DNA of 64,000 nucleotides from Gammaproteobacteria bacterium. GTDB lineage: Bacteria > Pseudomonadota > Gammaproteobacteria > Natronospirales > REEB76. The stretch spans positions 760 to 64,759 of the forward strand of contig JBOIBD010000001.1 of assembly GCA_050739415.1 (NCBI GenBank), read 5' to 3'. Position 1 is the first letter of the stretch; each line of letters starts with the position of its first letter. The translations under genes and the position numbers were made by a program. Below the pieces are notes generated by a model. That model ran no database searches and had not been told where the DNA came from. It was given only the letters and a program-made list of their open reading frames with translations. Below, piece by piece: positions 28,831 to 38,698 of the stretch.

Positions 28831-30579
28831 ATGTCACATTCCTTCGCCACTCGGACGTTCATCTCCATCCTTTTACTCGCCAGCGGCGTCTGGGCTTTAT
28901 GGGGCTCATTCAATAGCTACGACCTGCCATTTTCCTTAGGTATTGTGGATGCCCGAACTGCGGTGGTGCATCCCAACCCGGGCTTGCCAATGCCACCCGG
29001 CATCCAGGCCGGTGACCGGATCGATCTGAAAGCACTGGATCCGTCGGCCCGCGCCGCTGTCGTCATCTACGACATGCAGGGCACCCTGCCAGCGGCGCAA
29101 ACCTACCCGTTCGTCGTTCGCCGGGGAGACACAAGCATCACCGTGCCGGTGACCACGATACGCTACGCTCTCAGCCAGCGTGCGTTCATTTCCTTTTGGA
29201 TCTTCTTGGGGAATACGTTGCTTGTCACAGTTCTGGGGCTGCTGGTCCTGTGGCGCGGTCGGGACCGGGCCGCAATCTATATGGCGGTATGGCTGATACT
29301 TACGATGCTTGGCTTCGCGTTGAATTACGGTTTCGGAACCGATGGCACGTTCGGCCTTTGGATGCAATCACTCGCCATCGGCGCTTATGGCTTCGGCCGC
29401 GTCGTTTTTTACCTCATGATCGAAACCCTTTTGGGCGCGGCCCTGACACCGCGCGCCCGGCTGTTCGCTCGCATCGGTTTTGCCCTGATCCTGGCTGTGG
29501 GTGTGACCACCATGCTGGGCGGACATCTCATCTATGTCATGAGCGGCTGGGCCGGGCTGATGCGTCCGGCATTTGGCATCCTGTTCACAGCCGCCTATCT
29601 AGTCCCGGCGCTTATGCTGCTCTTCGGTTATAGCCGCGCCGTGCAGATCCAAAAGCCACGGTTGCGATGGCTCCTGTTTAGCACCGCGGTGCTGCTGGTG
29701 AGCATATTCTTAAGCAACACGTCAGTGATGGACATCGTCACGACACTGGCCGTGCAGAGCACGTTCATCGGCATCGGTTTCTGCGGTTTTACCTACACGG
29801 TGCTGCGTCACCGGGTGGTGGACGTTTCCGTGGTGCTGGACCGCACCCTGGTATACGGCGCCACCACCGCGCTGGTGGTGGGCATCGTGGCTGCCATGAA
29901 CAGCGTGGCTTTGCGTGCGACACTCGGTGAGCACACCGGCCTGCTGCTGCAAGTCGTGATTCCTCTGGCCCTCGGTATCGTGCTGGGTAAGGTGCGCATC
30001 TACATGGACCGCGTTGTCGAGCGGGTGTTCTTCCGCAGGAAATATCTTGCGGAGAGCGCACTCAAGGCCTTCGCCCGCCAGGCGGGGCACATGGAAAGCG
30101 CTTCGAAATTGCTGGATGCTGCGGTGCGCGAGATCCAGCGGAACATGAATGCACCGGCGGTCGCCATCTATTCAGCGGAGAAACAGGGCTACAAACGGCT
30201 CCGGCAAACGGGTGCGGACGAGTTCCCGGAAGAATTGGATATCGACGACGCGGCGCTGGTGGCGCTGCGCACCGAACGCGCGGCGGTGGAGTTGCCGGAT
30301 GTGGGCAGCGCCATGGGTGACGATGGCTGCGTGTTCCCCATGATCGTGCTGGGTAACCTGCGCGGCGCCGTGGTATGCCTGAACCAGCCGAGCGTGCATT
30401 ACGCCATGGATGAGAAAATGTTATTGACACAGGTGGCCAGTGACGTGGGCGCTGCGCTGCGCATCCTGCGCGCGCGTGATAACGAAGCTATCGTCGCGGA
30501 ACTGGTGGAAGGCAAAGTCCCGACTCGTGAACTCCGCGAGCGGGCCCGTGCTGTGCATCTCGCCCGGGCGGGTGCGTAA
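28831..30579 (+). CDS. polytopic membrane sensor-like protein with C-terminal GAF-like domain, no recognisable output domain
   Basis: ORF 28780..30579 trimmed to ATG 28831 (GGAGA 6 nt upstream). One TM, a periplasmic segment of about 110 aa (GIQAGDRIDLKAL), a multi-TM core, then a cytoplasmic region of about 170 aa resembling GAF (LDAAVREIQRNMNAPAVAIY...LLTQVASDVGAALRI). Confidence 0.65.
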   Translation: MSHSFATRTFISILLLASGVWALWGSFNSYDLPFSLGIVDARTAVVHPNPGLPMPPGIQAGDRIDLKALDPSARAAVVIYDMQGTLPAAQTYPFVVRRGDTSITVPVTTIRYALSQRAFISFWIFLGNTLLVTVLGLLVLWRGRDRAAIYMAVWLILTMLGFALNYGFGTDGTFGLWMQSLAIGAYGFGRVVFYLMIETLLGAALTPRARLFARIGFALILAVGVTTMLGGHLIYVMSGWAGLMRPAFGILFTAAYLVPALMLLFGYSRAVQIQKPRLRWLLFSTAVLLVSIFLSNTSVMDIVTTLAVQSTFIGIGFCGFTYTVLRHRVVDVSVVLDRTLVYGATTALVVGIVAAMNSVALRATLGEHTGLLLQVVIPLALGIVLGKVRIYMDRVVERVFFRRKYLAESALKAFARQAGHMESASKLLDAAVREIQRNMNAPAVAIYSAEKQGYKRLRQTGADEFPEELDIDDAALVALRTERAAVELPDVGSAMGDDGCVFPMIVLGNLRGAVVCLNQPSVHYAMDEKMLLTQVASDVGAALRILRARDNEAIVAELVEGKVPTRELRERARAVHLARAGA

Positions 30580-30668
30580 GCTATCTGCCTCTTGATTAAG
30601 ACCAAAAGCTAAGGCCGTGGCCTGTTCCACATAAATTTGCACTAGACGACATATGATTCGGCGTGACG

Positions 30669-31280
30669 TCAGGTACGCGGCGTGATGTCCAGTTCGATCG
30701 TTGAATGAGCCGCGTCTTCCAGCCGGATGACGGCCTCCTGCTTGTTGCCTGTCAGGACTGTTGGAGAAGCAATCAGCTGGTAATCCTGCTTTTTATCGTA
30801 AGTATAGATGTTGGCCTTTATACGCACCTGCCCTCCCTTGGTAATTTCAGGCAGCAGGATCAATTTTAGTTGCTTGTCGATGCGCACCTCGCTGGTCTTG
30901 CCAGCTTCGTTTAGCAGGTGTACAGAGGCGAGCTGTGTCTTGTCCTTGAGCACCGTAACATCGAGCATCACAGGAGCTGCCGTCACATGTGAAACATATA
31001 GCAGAGAGAGGGCTGCCGCAGCAAACGCCCCCAGTCCAAACCGAATCGGCCAGCGCAGTAGCATCATCCGTCGTTTTACAGGTTCGACCAGCAAATGTTT
31101 AGGCGTGATATCGAATGCCGAAGACACGGCCTTTACAGATTCGTAGGAGCCGCTGCCGTAGGTCTCCATACGCTGCACGGTCCTCAGGCTGAGGTTGGCA
31201 ATTTCCGCCAGCTGCTGCTGGCTCCAGGCTCTGGATTGCCGTAGGTGAATGAGCTTACTGGTATCTATGTGCATGTCCAT
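30669..31280 (-). CDS. membrane-anchored XRE-family helix-turn-helix regulator
   Basis: ATG 31280 with GGAGGA upstream. N-terminal HTH_3 (LIHLRQSRAWSQQQLAEIANLSLRTVQRMETYG), one TM (FGLGAFAAAALSLLYVSHV), extracytoplasmic beta-rich domain of about 100 aa. Confidence 0.75.
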   Translation of the reverse strand: MDMHIDTSKLIHLRQSRAWSQQQLAEIANLSLRTVQRMETYGSGSYESVKAVSSAFDITPKHLLVEPVKRRMMLLRWPIRFGLGAFAAAALSLLYVSHVTAAPVMLDVTVLKDKTQLASVHLLNEAGKTSEVRIDKQLKLILLPEITKGGQVRIKANIYTYDKKQDYQLIASPTVLTGNKQEAVIRLEDAAHSTIELDITPRT

Positions 31281-31387
31281 CACGATTCCTCCCCGTAAAT
31301 GAGGTGATCATTCTGGGAGGAAAACCCTGGTTGTATACGTCAGTCTTGCGACATTCGCGTGCTATTTATACGCCAGACCCCCGAACA

Positions 31388-31597
31388 GCGCCATCGTTTG
31401 TCTGAACCGGCCAAGCACGCATTACGCTATGGATGAGAAAACGCTATTGACGCAAGTGGCTAGCGATGTGGGCGCTGCGTATCCTGCGTGCGCGTGACAA
31501 CGAAGCTATCGTCGCCGAACTGGTGGAGGGCAAGATCCCGACGCGTATACTCCGTGAGCGGGCTCGCACCCTGCATCTTGCCCGGGCGGGTGCGTGA
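31388..31597 (+). pseudogene. remnant of the 3' end of a paralogue of the GAF-domain gene
   Basis: Aligns to 30365-30579 at roughly 83-86% identity (hand count over 78 + 119 nt), including the stop region (gggtgcgtGAgc vs gggtgcgtAAgc). A 5-nt deletion near 31480 breaks the frame. No upstream continuation. Confidence 0.75.
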
Positions 31598-31783
31598 GCC
31601 TAAGTTTTATTATCTTACCTTGCTGTGCGTAAGGCCATTGAGCCATACTCGATTCGGGCGATTTTCTGCAATTTAGATATGAACGATAATTAAATAAGGT
31701 CTCTCAAGTTCAGGTCGATATATTCTCAACTACACTCAGGCGGAATATAAATAACTGCTTTCCTTGATGACAAGGAGAATAAA

Positions 31784-32212
31784 GTGGAAAGTTACCTGAT
31801 TAGCGTTTCCGGCATGGCCGTCATATTTCTCGCACTGCTGGTGCCGCTGTTTTTGCTTGCATTCCTGACATCGCCCCGGCCCGCGCGCTTGTCTCCCCTG
31901 TTGCTATTTGCCGTTTTCCTGACGCTGGATATAGCCCTAATATTCCTGTTCAAGATCGTCAAGGTTGTACCCGACTGGGGCGGTTGGAACTGGCAGGGCA
32001 AGCTGTTGGAAGTAGTCTGGCCGTTGCTGTTGCTGGCGTTCGTGCCGAGATTCACCGCTGCCTACACAGGCCTGAATTTCAAAACCATTCAGGGAAGCTG
32101 GTGGGTGCTGCTAATCGCTTGCCTGATCTACATTGTAGTGAACACGCCGATCCAGTACTTATTCGGTCAGCATTTCGGCTTGCATGTGAAGTTGTCCACA
32201 TTCCTGAGGTGA
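31784..32212 (+). CDS. small integral membrane protein, unknown function
   Basis: GTG 31784 with AAGGAGA 5 nt upstream; 142 aa, four hydrophobic helices; the stop abuts the MITE at 32213. Confidence 0.55.
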   Translation: MESYLISVSGMAVIFLALLVPLFLLAFLTSPRPARLSPLLLFAVFLTLDIALIFLFKIVKVVPDWGGWNWQGKLLEVVWPLLLLAFVPRFTAAYTGLNFKTIQGSWWVLLIACLIYIVVNTPIQYLFGQHFGLHVKLSTFLR

Positions 32213-32289
32213 AATAAAGGGGTCAGAGCCTTTAAATTGCCCCAGACAGATGTTAATGGTCAACACTTAAGGGCTCCGACCCCTTTATT
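32213..32289. mobile_element. 77-bp MITE-like element (family 4; AATAAAGGGGTCRGAGCC termini)
   Basis: aataaaggggtcagagcctttaa ... ttaagggctccgacccctttatt; terminal inverted repeats match about 21/23. Confidence 0.6.
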
Positions 32290-32319
32290 CTTGATGAAAG
32301 AACCTGATGCCAGTCAACC

Positions 32320-33606
32320 TTACTCGCCGCGATAAGCTAGCACACTCGTTAATTGAGACTCACTAGCTCCGCTAGTATGTAGTGCCTTTCTAAGAATTTC
32401 TAACCCGACCTTTGGTGATCGTGGCACTACTCCAGATGAATAATATTTCTTTTCGAACGAATACCCATCTTCAGTCACTTTTTCTATGATTTGTATCGAT
32501 CCTGGAGATTGCTCATAGTCTTCCTTATACTTCCATGGTCCATTGGCTTTGACTTCAACCTCATCTGGAATTGCATCCAATACTGCGTCAATGAGACGAA
32601 AATTTAAATGAGGACAGAAGCGAAACCGAAAAAGGTTCTGTTCGAGTTCATGACGAATTCTTTTTTTGTCGAACGCGAAAATGACTTGCTTATTTAGAAC
32701 GCCAGCCTTGCGAAATTGTCCGTATGAGAACCAATTCCCCCATATTACCCAATCCATATTCGCTTGCTTGCAACCCCAAACGTTAAAACGCTTCTCGTCT
32801 ATTCCAAAGCAATATTCAACAGGGCGATACGCAGTGTTTCGCTGTTCACTGCACCATACGAAACCAAAAACGTCATCCCAATGCGATTCTTGTCCATCCA
32901 CCCATACCTTTCGATTCCGCATGCCTTTTATGTCTCCTACAAGCTTTGCGGCCTCCCCAATCTGTTCTCTCGGCCATGCCGCCAAATACCACGTTTTCTT
33001 TCCTCTAATACAAGTTGCGTTGATTGGTGCTCCCTGCGCCCTTTTTACAGCATCCGCAAACCCACTTGCGCTTGATTCAGAAAATTCAATAGCTACGCCC
33101 TTCACAGGTATCTTATACGTTATGAGGACCGCGGATTCTTGGTCAGATTTTGTAAGTGAACTGCCGCACGCTGGACAAAATTTTGCATCTTCAGATACAG
33201 AAGCAGCGCAACTTGGACAAGCTCGCATATTATGTGATGGAGCCATATTTGTCTTGACCTGCGCGATGATGATCTGAAATTGCTCCTTAGTGACTCCAGC
33301 TTTGCGAGCAAACTCAAGAATCACCAGCTCTTCTGCCTGATCTAACTTGCCGTCCATGAGAGACACGACAATCATATCCTCAAGATTGGAAATCCTAGTT
33401 GACAATAGACCAACGGGTGATGGCATGTATCCGGTAGTTTCTACAACGGTTTGGGCTTTGCTTAGCAAAGTTTTGGTTGCACCAATTCGCTTCTGGGTGT
33501 TGGTTATGGCCTGCATTTCATTTGGTGTGACTCGGCCATCCGCACGTGCCACAGCTAGCAGATTCGCGAGATACGCGATCTTATCTTCGTCATTCATCCT
33601 TCTCAA
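32320..33606 (-). CDS. TerB-like domain + zinc-ribbon + uncharacterised Trp-rich C-terminal domain protein
   Basis: 428 aa. N-terminal TerB/DjlA-N-like repeats (IAYLANLLAVARADGRVTPNEMQAI; IVVSLMDGKLDQAEELVILEFARKAG), CxxC-x9-CxxC ribbon (CPSCAASVSEDAKFCPACG), then about 280 aa with no motif I recognise (WDDVFGFVWCSEQRN, NVWGCKQANMDWVIWGNWF). AT-rich. Confidence 0.7.
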   Translation of the reverse strand: MRRMNDEDKIAYLANLLAVARADGRVTPNEMQAITNTQKRIGATKTLLSKAQTVVETTGYMPSPVGLLSTRISNLEDMIVVSLMDGKLDQAEELVILEFARKAGVTKEQFQIIIAQVKTNMAPSHNMRACPSCAASVSEDAKFCPACGSSLTKSDQESAVLITYKIPVKGVAIEFSESSASGFADAVKRAQGAPINATCIRGKKTWYLAAWPREQIGEAAKLVGDIKGMRNRKVWVDGQESHWDDVFGFVWCSEQRNTAYRPVEYCFGIDEKRFNVWGCKQANMDWVIWGNWFSYGQFRKAGVLNKQVIFAFDKKRIRHELEQNLFRFRFCPHLNFRLIDAVLDAIPDEVEVKANGPWKYKEDYEQSPGSIQIIEKVTEDGYSFEKKYYSSGVVPRSPKVGLEILRKALHTSGASESQLTSVLAYRGE

Positions 33607-33756
33607 TTCCTGATGTTGTCACGCTCAAAATTGCGCCGAGTCAGTCGGAGAAGTTCAGAAAAAATTAATGCATACAATTTAATGCGATAAGTCATAAATG
33701 CCGGAATACGGTTTGCTATTATGCATGATTGCTATTCCCGCCAGTCTGCGACACGG

Positions 33757-34224
33757 CTATTCACAAGTCACTTTATTATCTTGCGCAGAGATAATCTGCC
33801 ACTTTCCATTTCGCTTCAGCCAGGTGTCCGTCCAGACCAGGCAGTGTTTCAAATCGGCGCCGTCCTTTTTATTGCTGATGCTACTCTCGCTGCCGTAAGC
33901 CATCGCCACTGAATCCCCAAACAGCCGGATTTGGATTTTCTGGAGTTGGCAGTCAGTATTATCGCCCTTCCCACCCCAATCACCCGTTGGCTTTCCGTAG
34001 CGTAGGCCACTCGGGGCTGTGCCCTGAAAATCTTCATCAAAAGCAGCTTTGAGGGCATCGGGTACTGAGCTGCAGGCTGTGTGCGCCCACAGATCTTCCA
34101 AAGTAGTGATGGTTTTCGCAGTCGGGTCGGTGGGCGACAGCCAGCGTCCCGTGTTATCCGCGGCATGCGCTGTGCCGATTCCAATCAAGATAATTGCTAC
34201 CATTACCAGAAATGAGTTCTTCAT
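33757..34224 (-). CDS. secreted SnoaL/NTF2-like (DUF4440-type) protein
   Basis: 155 aa; signal peptide MKNSFLVMVAIILIGIGTAHA; C-terminal CLVWTDTWLKRNGKWQIISAQ typical of DUF4440/NTF2-like folds. Confidence 0.65.
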   Translation of the reverse strand: MKNSFLVMVAIILIGIGTAHAADNTGRWLSPTDPTAKTITTLEDLWAHTACSSVPDALKAAFDEDFQGTAPSGLRYGKPTGDWGGKGDNTDCQLQKIQIRLFGDSVAMAYGSESSISNKKDGADLKHCLVWTDTWLKRNGKWQIISAQDNKVTCE

Positions 34225-34276
34225 TCGCTGTCTCCCATTTAATATATCGAGAATTCATCAGTCAGAATCAAACGCT

Positions 34277-34657
34277 TTAAGCCCAGCGGTTTGCGTTCTT
34301 GGGAAATCCAGGCCGCTGCACGCGCACCACACAAAATCGTTGCCCGGTCGGGGCCTGCATTACCACCCAACGCTCCAGCCGGCTGACCACGCTGGCGCCC
34401 AATTTTTCCAAGCGCAGTACCTCAGCGGGGATGTCATCGGTTTCAATGTCAATGTGAACCCTGCTCTCGTGGCTAACGCGCTGGATTTGTACGATCGGTT
34501 CGTCCGCTGGCGTCTCCAACATGCGGTAGTTGCCGCGCGTACCCGGATGATCAGAGTCTATTGGTCGGCCCAATGCCTCGGCCCAAAAGCTGGCGGCCTG
34601 ATCAACATCAGGTGTATTGCAGTCAATCAGCAGGGCGCAGAGTCTTGAATGATGCAT
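34277..34657 (-). CDS. VOC/glyoxalase-like domain protein
   Basis: 126 aa; LCALLIDCNTPDVDQAASFWAEALG ... RVHIDIETDDIPAEVLRLEKLGA pattern of glyoxalase-like (VOC) proteins. Confidence 0.7.
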   Translation of the reverse strand: MHHSRLCALLIDCNTPDVDQAASFWAEALGRPIDSDHPGTRGNYRMLETPADEPIVQIQRVSHESRVHIDIETDDIPAEVLRLEKLGASVVSRLERWVVMQAPTGQRFCVVRVQRPGFPKNANRWA

Positions 34658-34843
34658 TGTCGCTTCTTCCTAGTTCAGATATCGAACGTATTCTCAAACG
34701 ATCACATGTTCCTGATATAGCTCCGTCCCCTCTCTTTCAGAACCGCGCCATCAAACAAGGTACTTTTCAATGTCGCGTGTCCCATGGAATACGCAAAGGA
34801 TGCAGGTATTTTATGGCCGGCGTAAGGGTTTGCATGCACTGTA

Positions 34844-34860
34844 ACATTGAGCTACAATGT
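34844..34860. promoter_or_regulatory. candidate antitoxin operator (6-5-6 palindrome)
   Basis: ACATTG-agcta-CAATGT, perfect inverted repeat 26 nt upstream of the dinJ-like ATG. Confidence 0.4.
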
Positions 34861-34885
34861 AGCCCAACCTATGGAGAAAAACCTC

Positions 34886-35149
34886 ATGAAAGCCAATACC
34901 GTCGTCCGCGCCAGAATCGATGCCGAGACCAAGGAAGAAGCGGCCGTGGTGCTTGAAGCCATGGGCCTCACCGTGTCGGATGCCTTCCGCCTCATGCTCA
35001 CCCGCATTGTTCACGAGAAGGCTCTGCCTTTCGAGCCGTTGGTTCCCAATACCAAAACGATTGCGGCGATGAAAGAAGCCCGCCACGGGAAACTGCGCAC
35101 CGCCAAAAGCGTGAAATCCCTGATGGCGAATCTCGATGCGGACGATTGA
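34886..35149 (+). CDS. dinJ: type II antitoxin, RelB/DinJ family
   Basis: ORF 34847..35149 (TTG) trimmed to ATG 34886 (GGAG 9 nt upstream): MKANTVVRARIDAETKEEAAVVLEAMGLTVSDAFRLMLTRIVHEKALPFEP, collinear with E. coli DinJ. Overlaps the toxin gene by 14 nt. Confidence 0.88.
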   Translation: MKANTVVRARIDAETKEEAAVVLEAMGLTVSDAFRLMLTRIVHEKALPFEPLVPNTKTIAAMKEARHGKLRTAKSVKSLMANLDADD

Positions 35150-35417
35150 GTATACCCGGCAATTCAAACGCGACTTCAAACGTGAATCTTGGGGCCCACA
35201 TCGGAATACGTTTGAAACCGTATTCCCACGATTGTTTGACACCCTCTCCCGCGATCAGCCCCTGCCTGCCAAGTACCGAGATCACCCGTTAACGGGCGAA
35301 TGGAAGGATTTTCGTGACTGCCATATCCGTCCAGATTTGGTCTTGATCTACCGTAAACAAGGAGACAGTGTGTTGCAGTTGGTCCGCCTCGGCTCACACA
35401 GCGAACTCAGTCTGTAA
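35136..35417 (+). CDS. yafQ: type II toxin, YafQ family mRNA interferase
   Basis: 93 aa; IEYTRQFKRDFKR ... PLPAKYRDHPLTGEWKDFRDCHIRPDLVLIYR matches the YafQ signature (DHPL-G-WK-RD-H-PD-LIY). Confidence 0.88.
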   Translation: MRTIEYTRQFKRDFKRESWGPHRNTFETVFPRLFDTLSRDQPLPAKYRDHPLTGEWKDFRDCHIRPDLVLIYRKQGDSVLQLVRLGSHSELSL

Positions 35418-35446
35418 ACTAGTCGTCTGCAACGCACACTTCACTC

Positions 35447-37312
<1,866 letters not shown>

Positions 37313-37352
37313 TCATGGACCGAGCGCAGGCAAGAATGGGCGGCGGGGAGAC

Positions 37353-37582
37353 CGTCGGAGCATTCCCTACGCCGGTGTTGACCAGGTTCAGGTTCCAAGG
37401 GTTCCAACCAACCTGCAAAACCTACTGCGCTTGCCATGACGGCGTTGCTCGCACGCTCAAAATCCTCATGTACTAGCGTGTACACTCCGGTTTTTCGCAT
37501 GCTCGCGCCTTGTCCTGCCTGCGCTCGCTACGGTTTTGCTGGCGGTTGTATCTCAGCCCTTTCGGGCACCCCCAGCTCGACG
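37353..37582 (-). promoter_or_regulatory. TPP (THI-box) riboswitch in the thiC leader, with a large internal insertion
   Basis: Minus-strand RNA: CGUCGAGC-UGGGGUGCCCGAAAGGGCUGAGA...(about 148 nt)...ACCCUUGGAACCUGAACCUGGUCAACACCGGCGUAGGGAAUGCUCCGACG. Conserved GGGGUGC, CUGAGA, ACCUGA and GCGUAGGGAA blocks and a P1 pairing are all present. TATAGT -10-like hexamer at 37589-37594. Confidence 0.85.
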
Positions 37583-37720
37583 GGTGTAACTATAGCAAAA
37601 GATACAGACTAAGGTTTGATGCTTCGGTGCGTGCATTCATACCAATGCTCCTGTCTGCAGGCAGGAGAGGGTCAAAGCGCTGGGAATAAATCAGGTATCG
37701 ACGGTGTATGACCGGACGGA

Positions 37721-38698
37721 TTACAGCGATCCAGATGCCAAAGCCGCCTTGGCTTGCTTGTAATCCGGATCGAGGTCGAGCGCGGCAACATACTGAGCTT
37801 TCTCGCTGATCTTGTCGCCGGCGATGGCATACAACATGCCAAGCTGATAATGCGCCTGTTTGTAGGTGGGTGTCCCAGGCAGCCAGTCATGCGGCAACGT
37901 CAGGAATTTCTGCAAGTCCTGAATGCCTTGCTGCACTTGAATCTTGCCAAGTGCTGCCGCCTGACCGACACCGTAGTAGTTGGCGCTATTTGTGGGCTTC
38001 TTGGTAATGCCATCATTGAATGCCGCAATCGCATCGCTATAGCGATTCTGACCCACGAGGAACACACCCAACCAATAATCACTGTCTCCGGACTTGTCGA
38101 GATTAGCAGCCTTGCGCAAGTATGTTTCAGTTTTCTGGTTGTTCTTGTCTTCCTGCGCCCGGGTCGCGCGTACCACCGCCGCTTGCACTGGATCAAGCTT
38201 GTCCAGGGCGGCAATCTGCTCATCGGCTTTGTTGATACTGCCGCCGGCGATACCCGGCGCCAGAATGTAATACTTGGCAAGACCGGCGCGTGCCTGGGCA
38301 TTATCGGGGTCGAGTTGCACAGCCTGCTGAAACGCATCACGAACCTTGTATGCGATACCTAGCTGGCTGAAGATGCTCACATCGTGAACGTACTGTCCGT
38401 AAGCGACGCCTAGCAACATCTGGTAGGTCGCATCCTGGGGCGCGAGCGCAATCGCCTTGTGCGCCCAATCAACACCGGCTTTGTTCTGCCCGCGCGCCAG
38501 GCTGACCGTCGCCATACCCGCCGCCGCTGCGGCGTCGTTTGGGTCGTTTTGCAAACCGGTCCGGAAATACGCCTGCGCGCCGGCGTAATTTTCCATTTCC
38601 AGCATCTGCATACCGGGGCCATCAAGTGCCTTCGCGTGTGCAGAGAAAGCCAAGGCCATTGCCAAACACGTTAAACCTGCAACTGCAAAAGATTTCAT
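37721..38698 (-). CDS. secreted TPR-repeat protein (paralogue 1)
   Basis: ORF 37721..38764(-) trimmed to ATG 38698 (GGAGAG upstream): MKSFAVAGLTCLAMALAFSAHA signal peptide, then TPR-like repeats. Shares GMQMLEMENYAGAQAYF and many blocks with 39156-40127. Confidence 0.8.
   Translation of the reverse strand: MKSFAVAGLTCLAMALAFSAHAKALDGPGMQMLEMENYAGAQAYFRTGLQNDPNDAAAAAGMATVSLARGQNKAGVDWAHKAIALAPQDATYQMLLGVAYGQYVHDVSIFSQLGIAYKVRDAFQQAVQLDPDNAQARAGLAKYYILAPGIAGGSINKADEQIAALDKLDPVQAAVVRATRAQEDKNNQKTETYLRKAANLDKSGDSDYWLGVFLVGQNRYSDAIAAFNDGITKKPTNSANYYGVGQAAALGKIQVQQGIQDLQKFLTLPHDWLPGTPTYKQAHYQLGMLYAIAGDKISEKAQYVAALDLDPDYKQAKAALASGSL

Noticed and set aside
31784-32289. Idea that the MITE at 32213 truncated a longer membrane-protein gene
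   Set aside because: No continuation of the reading frame or homologous coding sequence is visible beyond the MITE. The next 30 nt run into the 3' end of the opposite-strand TerB gene, so truncation cannot be supported.
34561-34956. 131-aa plus-strand ORF spanning the VOC gene start and the dinJ upstream region
   Set aside because: It overlaps the VOC gene antisense and the dinJ start out of frame, and its translation is not protein-like. The region is better explained as the dinJ-yafQ promoter and operator.
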